DNA of 64,000 bases, from IMG/VR virus record IMGVR_UViG_3300047393_000086, positions 12,992 to 76,991 of that record. One strand, given 5' to 3'. Below the pieces are notes generated by a model, which saw nothing but the letters and a program-made list of their open reading frames with translations, was not told where the DNA came from and did no database searches. Position 1 is the stretch's first letter. Every line of letters starts with the position of its first letter. The position numbers were made by a program, and so were the translations under genes. This document shows, piece by piece, positions 17,810 through 27,185 of the stretch. This stretch comes from a virus.

Positions 17810-19774
17810 TTATCTGGCATTGGCAAACTTCTGGAATCCTAGAGATGGTATTGCATTATCAATAACTTGAGCCAATTGATTGTCTCTAACAACATATTGA
17901 TTTAATACATTTGAATGTTGTTCATATTCGATTGGTTTATTAAATACTCTAATGTTAGTCATGAACATATCATTTCCTCTTAATCCAAAATTGGTGTTGT
18001 TGTTCCATGTTAACGGAGTTGTCATTGGTCTAGTTTCAACAAATTCTTCAATTAAATTATTTGAAGACATTTGAGGTGTTATAATTTGACCAGGTGTATT
18101 TACATTAAAGTTACTATTAGGATCTAAACTATAAATTGAAACTCCTAATTGAGTAAATGTATTATTAACATTGACAACATAAGCGTACCATTTATTCGAA
18201 TTGAATGTTATTCCATGTGTGAAATTTTCAGCTACTCCATTTACTTTAAATATAAATGATGTATTAGTCAAGGCAAGTTTAAAACCTGTTATTGCAGTAC
18301 TATCTCCAAATAAAAAGTATTCGTTTGTTGATGTTGTACTAAATTGAGGAGAGAACCAACCTGTAAAAGCGGCATCTTTTCCAAGCTCAAGCTTTGATGG
18401 CGCTTCATAAAATAAAGCATTTTCATCTAATGGGAATGTAGACAAATCATAATAATTTTTACTAACAACAGTCCATCTATTTTTAAGATCGTAATCCTTG
18501 ATTTTAAGTTTTCTATTAACAAATTCTCTGATACCATCTCGATATGTTGTGATAACTGATTGGAATTGTTCTTGTTTTAAATTTTTAGAATATTCTTCCT
18601 GAATCTTTTCTCCAAATATTTCATCGATTCCAGTTACTAACGCATCAGTTGCTGCATCAAATTGACCTTTAATAACATCAGTTCTATCTTGATATTTAAC
18701 CAATTTAACTCTCCAATAAGAATGGGATCTATTAAATTCATCTGCTAATGAAACTGAACTTATCTCATACATTCTATTAATAATTGGAATAAACATATAG
18801 TCCTTATTTCTAGGATATTTTCCAGCACCAAAATGTGTTTCAAATTCCTCTGCTGTTATATGAACTTCAAAATCTTCAAGTTCAATTCCAAATATATCAT
18901 AAGTGTTTGCTTCAGTCGGGAATTCATTATCAGGAACCAATATCTTTATTGTTTGATTATCTACAACATTGTGTAGAGAATATTCCATAAGAATCACATC
19001 AGTTGTTCTCAGATCTGGTTCTGTTTTAAAATAATTAACCTCATGTCCGAATATGTCATTAACAATGTTCGTTAATTGTTTGTATATTTTAATTGATTTT
19101 GTTAGGGCGTATGGATTAAATTGATTTCCTGTTCCGCATGAAACTTGAATATTTGCGCAACCATTCATTGCAAATGGATCTGTGCATTCAACACAAAAGT
19201 TTGGACATGATTCTATAATACCATCAACAGTTTCGATAGTATAAGTTATTGACAATAATGATATTGAAGTTCCGGGAATAATTCCAGCAACTTCATTTTT
19301 TACATCAATCCATACTGGCTTGCTTGTGTCAAATGTAAGTGCTAATAAATCTCCAAATGATTCATTATGATTCAATGGACTAAATTCAGAATATAAGTAA
19401 CCGTCCTGCGACCATCTATATTCATATTCAAAAAAATTATCTTCGTTTGCTGGACGATAGTATTGAAGGCCATTACCAGTTACTGTTAAAGTTTCTTCGA
19501 CTACAAGTTCCAATGGGGAAATAATAGATTCAATTGTATATTCTATGTTTCCGATAATAATAATATCGCCTATTTCGAAAATTTGTGTAAACTGCGTTCC
19601 GGAACCTATGATTACATTTTCTCCAGCAACCACGCTGATTGTTCCAGTCATAAAAGGGGTTTTAAGTCCTACTAGAATTTCCCAGTCAATAATTTTTAAA
19701 GTATTTGTGTATGGCGCTTGTAGAGATGCTATGAAAAAATCACCATATGCACTTGCAGTATATCCTGTTACCAT
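17810..19774 (-). CDS. neck/head-closure protein (gp14-like core) with added beta-rich domains
   Basis: IFGHEVNY, FGIELED, P...D..FIP..NRMYEI core; C-terminal LamG-like segment (NKWYAYVV, NIRVFNK). Confidence 0.55.
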   Translation of the reverse strand: MVTGYTASAYGDFFIASLQAPYTNTLKIIDWEILVGLKTPFMTGTISVVAGENVIIGSGTQFTQIFEIGDIIIIGNIEYTIESIISPLELVVEETLTVTGNGLQYYRPANEDNFFEYEYRWSQDGYLYSEFSPLNHNESFGDLLALTFDTSKPVWIDVKNEVAGIIPGTSISLLSITYTIETVDGIIESCPNFCVECTDPFAMNGCANIQVSCGTGNQFNPYALTKSIKIYKQLTNIVNDIFGHEVNYFKTEPDLRTTDVILMEYSLHNVVDNQTIKILVPDNEFPTEANTYDIFGIELEDFEVHITAEEFETHFGAGKYPRNKDYMFIPIINRMYEISSVSLADEFNRSHSYWRVKLVKYQDRTDVIKGQFDAATDALVTGIDEIFGEKIQEEYSKNLKQEQFQSVITTYRDGIREFVNRKLKIKDYDLKNRWTVVSKNYYDLSTFPLDENALFYEAPSKLELGKDAAFTGWFSPQFSTTSTNEYFLFGDSTAITGFKLALTNTSFIFKVNGVAENFTHGITFNSNKWYAYVVNVNNTFTQLGVSIYSLDPNSNFNVNTPGQIITPQMSSNNLIEEFVETRPMTTPLTWNNNTNFGLRGNDMFMTNIRVFNKPIEYEQHSNVLNQYVVRDNQLAQVIDNAIPSLGFQKFANAR

Positions 19775-20181
19775 TATTGTTCCATTTTTTTATTAACATC
19801 ATCTTGTGGTGTATAAACTTCGCCAGCAATCCATGATGCTACAAATCCTGTTAATGAAACAAAGTATAATGCAAGTTCTCCAATATTTGCCTTAAACCAA
19901 ATTGCTCCGGCTCCAGCTATAGCCCAAATTATAACTACAACATAAATCATAACCTCTCTTCTCGAGTTTGGTCCTTTTTTAAAGATTGCAGTTTTTTCGC
20001 TTGGACGTTTTGCTTCAGCCCAAATATATGTTGCAGCGTATGCTGTAAGGGATCCAAAGTAGATTGCAAGATCTGCAAAACTAGCGGTTTTATAGGCTCC
20101 TAAAAGTCCCATAATTACCCATAAAGAAACTATAATGTAGACTAGTCCCTCTCTCTTTCCAAAATTACTAAAAAATTTCAT
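19774..20181 (-). CDS. four-TM membrane protein with internal duplication
   Basis: Two similar halves RE..Y..V..W...G....LA.YF.SLT....I..E. Confidence 0.65.
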   Translation of the reverse strand: MKFFSNFGKREGLVYIIVSLWVIMGLLGAYKTASFADLAIYFGSLTAYAATYIWAEAKRPSEKTAIFKKGPNSRREVMIYVVVIIWAIAGAGAIWFKANIGELALYFVSLTGFVASWIAGEVYTPQDDVNKKMEQ

Positions 20182-20220
20182 TGATAACAGTATTTTTATA
20201 CTGTATATATTCTTGAAATT

Positions 20221-20865
20221 CTAGTAGTCTGTGATTAATAGGATTAATGAGTTCTCAACTTCCATTTTCTGTTCTAATATGTCGAGAATATCGAGAACAA
20301 TTCCAGCATTGTGGTCATCTTCTCCATGTGATTCAACGTACATATCAATCTTTTCAGAAAGTTCACTTGCAAAAACTCTATTATAAGGTTTTTCTGGATA
20401 GAGAATTCCTAACTCTTCAAGAATTTTATTAACGTGAGGTAACTCTTCTTCGTCATATAAGTCAAATAATCGTAGGGTTGCTGTGATTACTTTAAAACTA
20501 AATTGAAGTATTTTCTTACCCTCAATTTCAATCATTCGACTATAAGTTTTATCTTTATTTAAGTTGAATTTAACGTACTGTAGATTTTCCATTTCTAAGC
20601 ACATTTGATACAAAAAGAAAACTGAATTAATTTCTTTATGAACAACGTCAGAACCTAACGTTTTAATTTTGTTAATTGTTGAAAGATAATTAGTTTCAAG
20701 AATTGATTTTAACTGACTCGAAGATGTCATAATAGAATCTTCAGATACCTGAATAAAATCAGCTTGATTATGAATTTGCGTCCATAATTTATTATCGATG
20801 TAGTTATATTTGTATAGTGTAACGTCTACTGCGGTTGGCATTAGACTTAAATCGAATTGCTCCAT
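20221..20865 (-). CDS. hypothetical protein
   Basis: 214-aa ORF. Confidence 0.6.
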   Translation of the reverse strand: MEQFDLSLMPTAVDVTLYKYNYIDNKLWTQIHNQADFIQVSEDSIMTSSSQLKSILETNYLSTINKIKTLGSDVVHKEINSVFFLYQMCLEMENLQYVKFNLNKDKTYSRMIEIEGKKILQFSFKVITATLRLFDLYDEEELPHVNKILEELGILYPEKPYNRVFASELSEKIDMYVESHGEDDHNAGIVLDILDILEQKMEVENSLILLITDY

Positions 20866-20876
20866 AAATTTACATA

Positions 20877-21305
20877 TTAGTAAACTTGCATAGAATCTTC
20901 TAACTTTTGTAAAGTTAAATATAAGTCTTCTTTAGCAAATTTTTCAAGTTCTTTAAATTCTCTCTTGCCTATTTCATTTCTTTCCATAAAAAATGAGATA
21001 GCCTCTTCTGATGGTATATATTTGCTTTTTGAAGTTACTTCTTTTTCGGGTTTTTTAGTTTTTGTATAGATCCAACCTGGAACACTTTTAAATCGTGCAG
21101 CAACAAGCGACCAACTATCAATAACGGCGATTGGATTGATTCCATTCTTATTAAAGAATTGGGCATTTGAAGGATATTGAATCGCAAAGAAGCGATTAAT
21201 CATAAAATGATGTCGCTTCTTATTATGATTCGTGATTTTTTTATAATCGTTCGGCTTAGTGAACATTATTTTAATAAAATCAAACAGTTTTGTTTCGTCT
21301 AACAT
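20877..21305 (-). CDS. putative clamp loader small subunit (gp62-like)
   Basis: FMINRFFA motif, size, proximity to gp44. Confidence 0.4.
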   Translation of the reverse strand: MLDETKLFDFIKIMFTKPNDYKKITNHNKKRHHFMINRFFAIQYPSNAQFFNKNGINPIAVIDSWSLVAARFKSVPGWIYTKTKKPEKEVTSKSKYIPSEEAISFFMERNEIGKREFKELEKFAKEDLYLTLQKLEDSMQVY

Positions 21306-21453
21306 GTGATATGGCTTTTTCGAATACTTCGAGTCTATTGTTATGAGTTATATGCGTTTCTTCAATTTTGTTTACTTCAGTCATGAGCTCATCAAAAATA
21401 CCCTCTTCATGTGCTTCAATCAATAATTCAATTAAAATATCCTCGTTTGTCAT
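21280..21453 (-). CDS. hypothetical 57-aa protein (below ORF-track cutoff)
   Basis: Manual translation MTNEDILIELLIEAHEEGIFDELM...RRNKTV. Confidence 0.5.
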   Translation of the reverse strand: MTNEDILIELLIEAHEEGIFDELMTEVNKIEETHITHNNRLEVFEKAISHVRRNKTV

Positions 21454-21454
21454 T

Positions 21455-22687
21455 TTAAAATAATGTATTTAATTGTTTGGTTTCTGGTAATTTATTAACA
21501 TCATCAAGTTTTAAGGTTGCAAATGGATCGAATCCTTTTGGAGCACCTTTACCGACAGATGTAGTAGAACTCCATTCAGTTCCTTCTAATATCTTTTCCA
21601 TCTGAGTCAATCCAGACAACTGCGGCTCAACACTGAAGTCTCTATCAATTTCATTATAGATACTTTTTAATATTCCCTCAGGTATTGTGTTATAGTGTAG
21701 GAGCATTAAGTCTAAGTTCTGATTGAAACGAACGCGAATTTCTTCGATAGTTGATTTGCCAACAACCTCATGAATTAAAGAAACTATAGTGTCAACTTGA
21801 TTCGATGAAAAGAAATGGTCAATATGGAAATTACCTTCAGTTTCTCTGTATTTTTCAAGAATTTGAAGAGCCTGTTTTTCAGTGATTGAGTAGTTTCTAA
21901 TAGAACCTGAACTTGTACGTTTAGTCCATGTAACAACTGACTGAATATTATCGCTTTTGTCACCTTGTAAAATCTTTGAGAAGATAAAATCATCACAATT
22001 GATTTCTTCGATTTTGACAGTATTTTTAATAACCCATGATTGGAAATCTTCTTTAAGCTTGTCATTCATAACTTCATTAGAAGACATGTTAAATAACATA
22101 TCGTCATTACTCATTGATGATGTTCCACCATTTTCTAATAATTCTTGGAATCCTTCAAATGCTAATAATTTTCTTTGAGAATTATAGTACCAAAGGGTAT
22201 ATGCATCCGTTGCTTTATTATAGTCAACTAATTGAATTAAATCACGGTCACCAGTCCAAACAATACAATTTTTACCTTCATTGTTTAATTGAGTCGACCA
22301 TCCGAACAAGATATCGTCAGCTTCAGCGCCTGGCACTTTATGGATAATTACTCCACGTTTTGCTAGAATATCTTGGAATTCTGTATAAGTATTAAATACA
22401 TTTTCCCAGTTAACTGAATTATCAGATACTCTAGTACCTTTATATTCGGCAGCAGGGAATAGATCCTTACGCCATGATTTTGAATCTACAGCAACTACGA
22501 TTTGGTCAACAAATGGAGTTAACTTTCTAACTTCTGATGCAAAGTCAATACATAACTTTCGCATAAATTGTTCTTGACCATCACGATCTCCTAACAATTG
22601 TTCTTTTTTAGGACGAGGTAACACGAATAATCTACTGTGGACAAAGTAGTTACCATCGATAATCAAGGTATGTTTTCCTAATTTCAT
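21455..22687 (-). CDS. rnh: 5'-3' exonuclease / T4 RNase H-like
   Basis: IIDGN, SWRK....EYKGTR, EADD, TGDRDLIQL, GDKSDNI; start MKLGKH. Confidence 0.88.
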   Translation of the reverse strand: MKLGKHTLIIDGNYFVHSRLFVLPRPKKEQLLGDRDGQEQFMRKLCIDFASEVRKLTPFVDQIVVAVDSKSWRKDLFPAAEYKGTRVSDNSVNWENVFNTYTEFQDILAKRGVIIHKVPGAEADDILFGWSTQLNNEGKNCIVWTGDRDLIQLVDYNKATDAYTLWYYNSQRKLLAFEGFQELLENGGTSSMSNDDMLFNMSSNEVMNDKLKEDFQSWVIKNTVKIEEINCDDFIFSKILQGDKSDNIQSVVTWTKRTSSGSIRNYSITEKQALQILEKYRETEGNFHIDHFFSSNQVDTIVSLIHEVVGKSTIEEIRVRFNQNLDLMLLHYNTIPEGILKSIYNEIDRDFSVEPQLSGLTQMEKILEGTEWSSTTSVGKGAPKGFDPFATLKLDDVNKLPETKQLNTLF

Positions 22688-22754
22688 AGTTCTATAATTT
22701 ATTTGTAAATATAAACAAAAGTTTTGACGCGGTAAAACTTTTATCAATTTATTT

Positions 22755-23705
22755 TTAGTTTCTTACAATTTCTTGTATTTTGTACACACATGATAGAAGT
22801 GTAATAACTGGATCTATCACTAATGTTCTTTGAGCTTGATGCTCGGCAACACAAATAGCAATTTGTGGAATATGTCTAACGCTTTGAGCCCTTTCGGTTT
22901 GAATATACTCAATAAATTCTTCGCCAAGAGTTTGAAGTACATCATCAACTCGATTTCCGTATTCTCCAACAATATGTTTATAGTTTTTGATTGGATCCAT
23001 TTCGTTAAAAATTAGATCAAATACATCTTTATAAACAGAGTTAAATTTCTTAACATCCTCTGTCGTGATATTTGTTGTTCCTTGCGTTTTATAACCTTGT
23101 AGCTTATTTAATGTACTACGAAGATCTGGAAAGTTACGACGAACGAATTCAACCAATGCTGGTTTTTCAATTGTCATTTCCTCTTTTCCACAGATTTCAT
23201 AAACACGTTTAATGTATTTCTTTGTCAATTCAGATTCTTCTGCTTTATCAAAGTCAAAATTAATCACTTCAAATCTGGAAAGAATTGGATCTGGAATTTT
23301 ATTCACGTAATTACATGTTGCAATAAAACGAGAATTCGATGCAAATTGTTCCATTGTAGCACGAAGTGCTTTAAAAAATTGATCAGAAACTCCATCAACC
23401 TCATCTAAGATAACTACTTTGAATTTTCCTTGGTCATCTAAAATTGACATAGTTGAACAGAAATCTGTAATTCTTGTTCTAATTACATCAACTGAAGTAT
23501 CAGTTGAAGCATTGATATAAATATATGGAAGACCAAACTGTTGAACAATTGCTTTTGCTGTTGAAGTTTTTCCTGTACCAGGACTTCCAGCCAATAACAT
23601 GTTTTGTGATAATCCATCTTTGAATTTTGACATTACTCTTTCTGGTAAAATCAAATCCTCTAAATTTTTTGGACGGTACTTTTCTGTAAATAGCGCGTGA
23701 ATCAT
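22755..23705 (-). CDS. gp44: clamp loader large subunit (RFC/gp44)
   Basis: EKYRP, GSPGTGKT, LDEVD, SRF, FPDLR. Confidence 0.92.
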   Translation of the reverse strand: MIHALFTEKYRPKNLEDLILPERVMSKFKDGLSQNMLLAGSPGTGKTSTAKAIVQQFGLPYIYINASTDTSVDVIRTRITDFCSTMSILDDQGKFKVVILDEVDGVSDQFFKALRATMEQFASNSRFIATCNYVNKIPDPILSRFEVINFDFDKAEESELTKKYIKRVYEICGKEEMTIEKPALVEFVRRNFPDLRSTLNKLQGYKTQGTTNITTEDVKKFNSVYKDVFDLIFNEMDPIKNYKHIVGEYGNRVDDVLQTLGEEFIEYIQTERAQSVRHIPQIAICVAEHQAQRTLVIDPVITLLSCVYKIQEIVRN

Positions 23706-23767
23706 ATATTGCTTGTTTTTATACATATTATATAGGCAATATTAAATATGTTTCAGATAAATATCTT

Positions 23768-24271
23768 ATGGCATACAACAATAAATATCCTAAGATTCGA
23801 AGAACAGGTGGACCGTATCCACGCAATAGATACGGCGTTTGTTATGAGGGTCTTTCAAGACAACAACGTAGATTATTGTTGGAAAATCCACTAATCAAGG
23901 AGAGGGCTCAAGATGATCAGTTTCTACATATCATTTTTGAAGTTTGTAAGTTTAAACACCAATCACATAAAGACAAATATTTTTATGATTGGTCGACTGG
24001 ATGTTTTATGAAGATTGAGGAACTTGAAGAGAGTTATGATACCATTGATTGGAAATGTGCTTTATCTGGAGAACCTATTCGTTCTAATATAAATAACTTT
24101 GATGCTGAAAACTTCGTGCATCCTGATTATCACGATACTCTTGGTGGTAAAACAGTAGACGGTAGAATTATTAAATCATCAGTTGCCTTCCAAAAACACG
24201 TAAAAAAACTCCTATTGAATCAACAACAGGAGTTCTTAAAACTTGCCAAAAAGAATTCTAAATTACATTAA
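23768..24271 (+). CDS. hypothetical protein on the opposite strand
   Basis: 167-aa ORF filling an otherwise empty gap, with ATG start. Confidence 0.65.
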   Translation: MAYNNKYPKIRRTGGPYPRNRYGVCYEGLSRQQRRLLLENPLIKERAQDDQFLHIIFEVCKFKHQSHKDKYFYDWSTGCFMKIEELEESYDTIDWKCALSGEPIRSNINNFDAENFVHPDYHDTLGGKTVDGRIIKSSVAFQKHVKKLLLNQQQEFLKLAKKNSKLH

Positions 24272-25453
24272 TCTAGAGAATCTTTCTTTAACACTTAAGT
24301 TTTGATATTTTGATTCATTCAAAGTATTTAAATATTCTGCCTTTTTAATCAACTCGTTATATTTTGAGTGTAATGCAGTTCCTTCAGAAACTTGCCAATC
24401 AAATTTAGATTCAATTTCAGTAGCTAATTCATTTAATCTAACTGCTTTAGCTCTAATAACTAAAGATTCTTGTGGGGCTGATTTTTGCTTTAATGTTTCT
24501 AATTTTTTCTTCATTCCAGCAATTGCACCTTTAAGTATATTAATACCTTCTTTATTTTTATCTGGAGATTTTTCAGCATCTGCTAATTCACCTTCTTTAG
24601 TTGCGATTTCGTCTTGCAATTTTTTTATGTTTGGATCAACTTTTGTATCATCAGTAGCTTCGGTATCATCAGTAGCTTCGGTATCGTCAGTTGATTCAGA
24701 GTCGTTCTTTTTAGAAGCTGTTGTATCATCAGTTGATTCCTCGTCTTCGGTTTTTCCAGCTTTTTTATCTTTAGCTGCCTGAGCGTCAGCATCTAATTTA
24801 GCTTGAGCTGCTTTGTCGTCTTCTGCTTTTTTCTTTGCTTCTTTTTTATCATCTTCAGAAGGTTCAAGTTCTTTAATTGCTTCTTGATCTTCTTTATATT
24901 TTTGCTGAAGTTCAGCCATTTTTTCCTTATAAGTAGCTAATTTTTCAGGATCGTCTTCTAATCCTGAGGCTCTTTTAATAGATGCAATTTGTCCAGCAAT
25001 TTTTTCGTTATGAATTGCTTTACCTACAAGGTCTCCTTTTGAACTAAATTTAGCGTCAACCATTTTTTGAAGTTCAGCTGCTTGTTCTTTTGCTTGTTTT
25101 GCTTTTGCTGTAATTTTAGCTTTTTGCTGTGCGTCTGGTGCATCTGTTGCTGCTGCTTCCATATCAGTTACATTTAACTTGATTTTGTTAACTTTAGCTT
25201 GTGCCTTTCTGGCCTTTGGCATCCACCATAACCATTGCATTACAGTGCTTGGTGTAGCTGCATCTGCTTCATTAACTTCGTTAAAATCTTCGCCTTCTAA
25301 TTCTTCCGTTAATTCTTTAGCAAGGGTTTCTAAAGAAGTTATAATAGTATCTACGTCATTAGAAATTGTTGGTGTTTCCGTAACAGTTGCTGTTGCTAAT
25401 TCACCTTCCATAATCATAGTATACCACGATTCAAATGTTTTTGTTGTTTTCAT
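24263..25453 (-). CDS. putative prohead core/internal protein, charged coiled-coil
   Basis: Late promoter; N-terminal MKTTKTFESW motif; TDDTEA repeats; directly downstream of the capsid gene. Confidence 0.5.
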   Translation of the reverse strand: MKTTKTFESWYTMIMEGELATATVTETPTISNDVDTIITSLETLAKELTEELEGEDFNEVNEADAATPSTVMQWLWWMPKARKAQAKVNKIKLNVTDMEAAATDAPDAQQKAKITAKAKQAKEQAAELQKMVDAKFSSKGDLVGKAIHNEKIAGQIASIKRASGLEDDPEKLATYKEKMAELQQKYKEDQEAIKELEPSEDDKKEAKKKAEDDKAAQAKLDADAQAAKDKKAGKTEDEESTDDTTASKKNDSESTDDTEATDDTEATDDTKVDPNIKKLQDEIATKEGELADAEKSPDKNKEGINILKGAIAGMKKKLETLKQKSAPQESLVIRAKAVRLNELATEIESKFDWQVSEGTALHSKYNELIKKAEYLNTLNESKYQNLSVKERFSRLM

Positions 25454-25493
25454 GTTTTTAATATATTTTTATTACTAATAGATTATATATCAC

Positions 25494-25525
25494 AAAAAAA
25501 GGGAACCGATTTCTCGATTCCCTTT
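25494..25525 (-). terminator. intrinsic terminator after the capsid gene
   Basis: AAAGGGAATCG/CGGTTCCCTTT stem followed by a T run. Confidence 0.7.
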
Positions 25526-25559
25526 GGGTATTTATAGAATGTTAGTTCTAATCTAAATA

Positions 25560-27014
25560 TTAAGCTAAAGTTAATAAGTTAGTTCCTCCATCAATAGTTA
25601 TGTTAAATTTAACATATTGAGTTTCTGGGTGGAATCCAGCATCAACTAATGCGAATCTAGATTTAACAGCAACTTTAGGAGCCATAGTTCCTTCAGCGAT
25701 TGTTTGTACTGATTCAGCCATTAAGTAAGGCATAAATACAATACCAGGTCCGTTTCCGTCTCCTTTTCTACCAACTGCGATTGAATAATCATCCCAAGCC
25801 ATTGTAGGGTCAGTGTAAACGTTAACTCCAGCTACAGATCCTAATGGGTAGATAGCTCCAGCAGCTTGTGCGAAAGTGTTTGCCATTGGGTTTGCAACGA
25901 AACCAGCGATTGATTGTAAAACTGTAGCAGTTTGTGGTCCACATACTGCGAAGTTACCAGCTCCTCTTCTACCTCTGTTAGCAATTAAGTTAGCAGCAGC
26001 TAAAATTTGAGAAAGGATTCTTCTGTGTAATGATGGTAAAGTTTCACCACCAACTAAAGATCCAGCAGCAGGTAATTCTAAGTCAAAACCATTAGCTCCG
26101 AATGCTTTAGTTACGTTAGTAGCACCTAAAGTTCTGATTCTTCCTAAGATGTATTGGTTAATACCTTGAGTTAATTCATTAGTTAAAACAGCTTCAACTT
26201 GAGCAACAGCGTCAACTCCGAATTGTTTTAAATCTTGAACTTGTTCTCTTGTTACAGCAGCAGCAACTTGGAAAGTTTCAGCTGAAACTGATTTAGAGAA
26301 TAAAGATAATCCCATGATTTTGTCTGGAGTTTGTTCACCAGCTTCTCTTGAGAATGGAGAACCATTTTCGTCAGCAGCTACAAATCCTTTAACGTGATCT
26401 TCTAAAGCTTTTACTAATTCTACTTTTGGAGCAGCACCAGTAGTATCTAATACTGCGATTGCAGCAGATACAGAACCAGAGTTAGCACCAACTTCAGTAA
26501 CTTTATAAATATCTAAACCATCGATTCTTGAAGTACCTACAAATGTAAATAAGTAGTTATCTTGAGTTTCACCGTTGATTTCAGCTTTATCACCGTCAGT
26601 TTTAATGTAAGTTGGAGAAGTAGAACCAGCTACTTTACCACCTTCGTAAACGAAGTCTAAGTAAGATAATAATCCCATTGGACCAGCCATAGGAACTACA
26701 GGTACTAAATCTAAACCGATAGTTTGAGCAGCAACTTGCATTGCTAATGGTAATAATGAAGGAGCTTTATCTCCAGAACCGTTAACAGTAGAAACTCCAC
26801 CAGCACCGATAGTACCTGGTAAAACTGTAGCGCCCATACCAAAGATGTTACCAGCAGCACCTAAAGTCATTGTAGATGCATCTTCGTATAATTTGTGGTT
26901 ATGACAGTATTCTGACATCCAAGCTAATTTGCTTGCGTCGTTGATACCTGTCGCAGATTCGATAATCGGAGACCACGTTGCTCTGATTTCTGATTCATTG
27001 ATTAAATTTGCCAT
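25560..27014 (-). CDS. gp23: major capsid protein
   Basis: DLVPVVPMAGPMG, EQVQDLK..G.DA..E..L.NE....IN, RG.GNF, PY, KSRFAL. Confidence 0.93.
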   Translation of the reverse strand: MANLINESEIRATWSPIIESATGINDASKLAWMSEYCHNHKLYEDASTMTLGAAGNIFGMGATVLPGTIGAGGVSTVNGSGDKAPSLLPLAMQVAAQTIGLDLVPVVPMAGPMGLLSYLDFVYEGGKVAGSTSPTYIKTDGDKAEINGETQDNYLFTFVGTSRIDGLDIYKVTEVGANSGSVSAAIAVLDTTGAAPKVELVKALEDHVKGFVAADENGSPFSREAGEQTPDKIMGLSLFSKSVSAETFQVAAAVTREQVQDLKQFGVDAVAQVEAVLTNELTQGINQYILGRIRTLGATNVTKAFGANGFDLELPAAGSLVGGETLPSLHRRILSQILAAANLIANRGRRGAGNFAVCGPQTATVLQSIAGFVANPMANTFAQAAGAIYPLGSVAGVNVYTDPTMAWDDYSIAVGRKGDGNGPGIVFMPYLMAESVQTIAEGTMAPKVAVKSRFALVDAGFHPETQYVKFNITIDGGTNLLTLA

Positions 27015-27185
27015 TTTGTTTATTTTATTTTTTTAATGGTTTTATTGTTTCGTATTTTACGAGTTTTCGATATAATTTCAGTTTTTTGCTTCTTAACTGA
27101 GCATCGAATATGTTTTAATAGTATTATATATCTTTATTATTTAGTTGAAAAATTTGATTTTTTCAAAAAAACACAAAAATAATGA

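Noticed and set aside
24644-24735. 18-bp tandem repeat as a regulatory or CRISPR-like repeat
   Set aside because: It is in-frame coding sequence (TDDTEA) in a low-complexity linker
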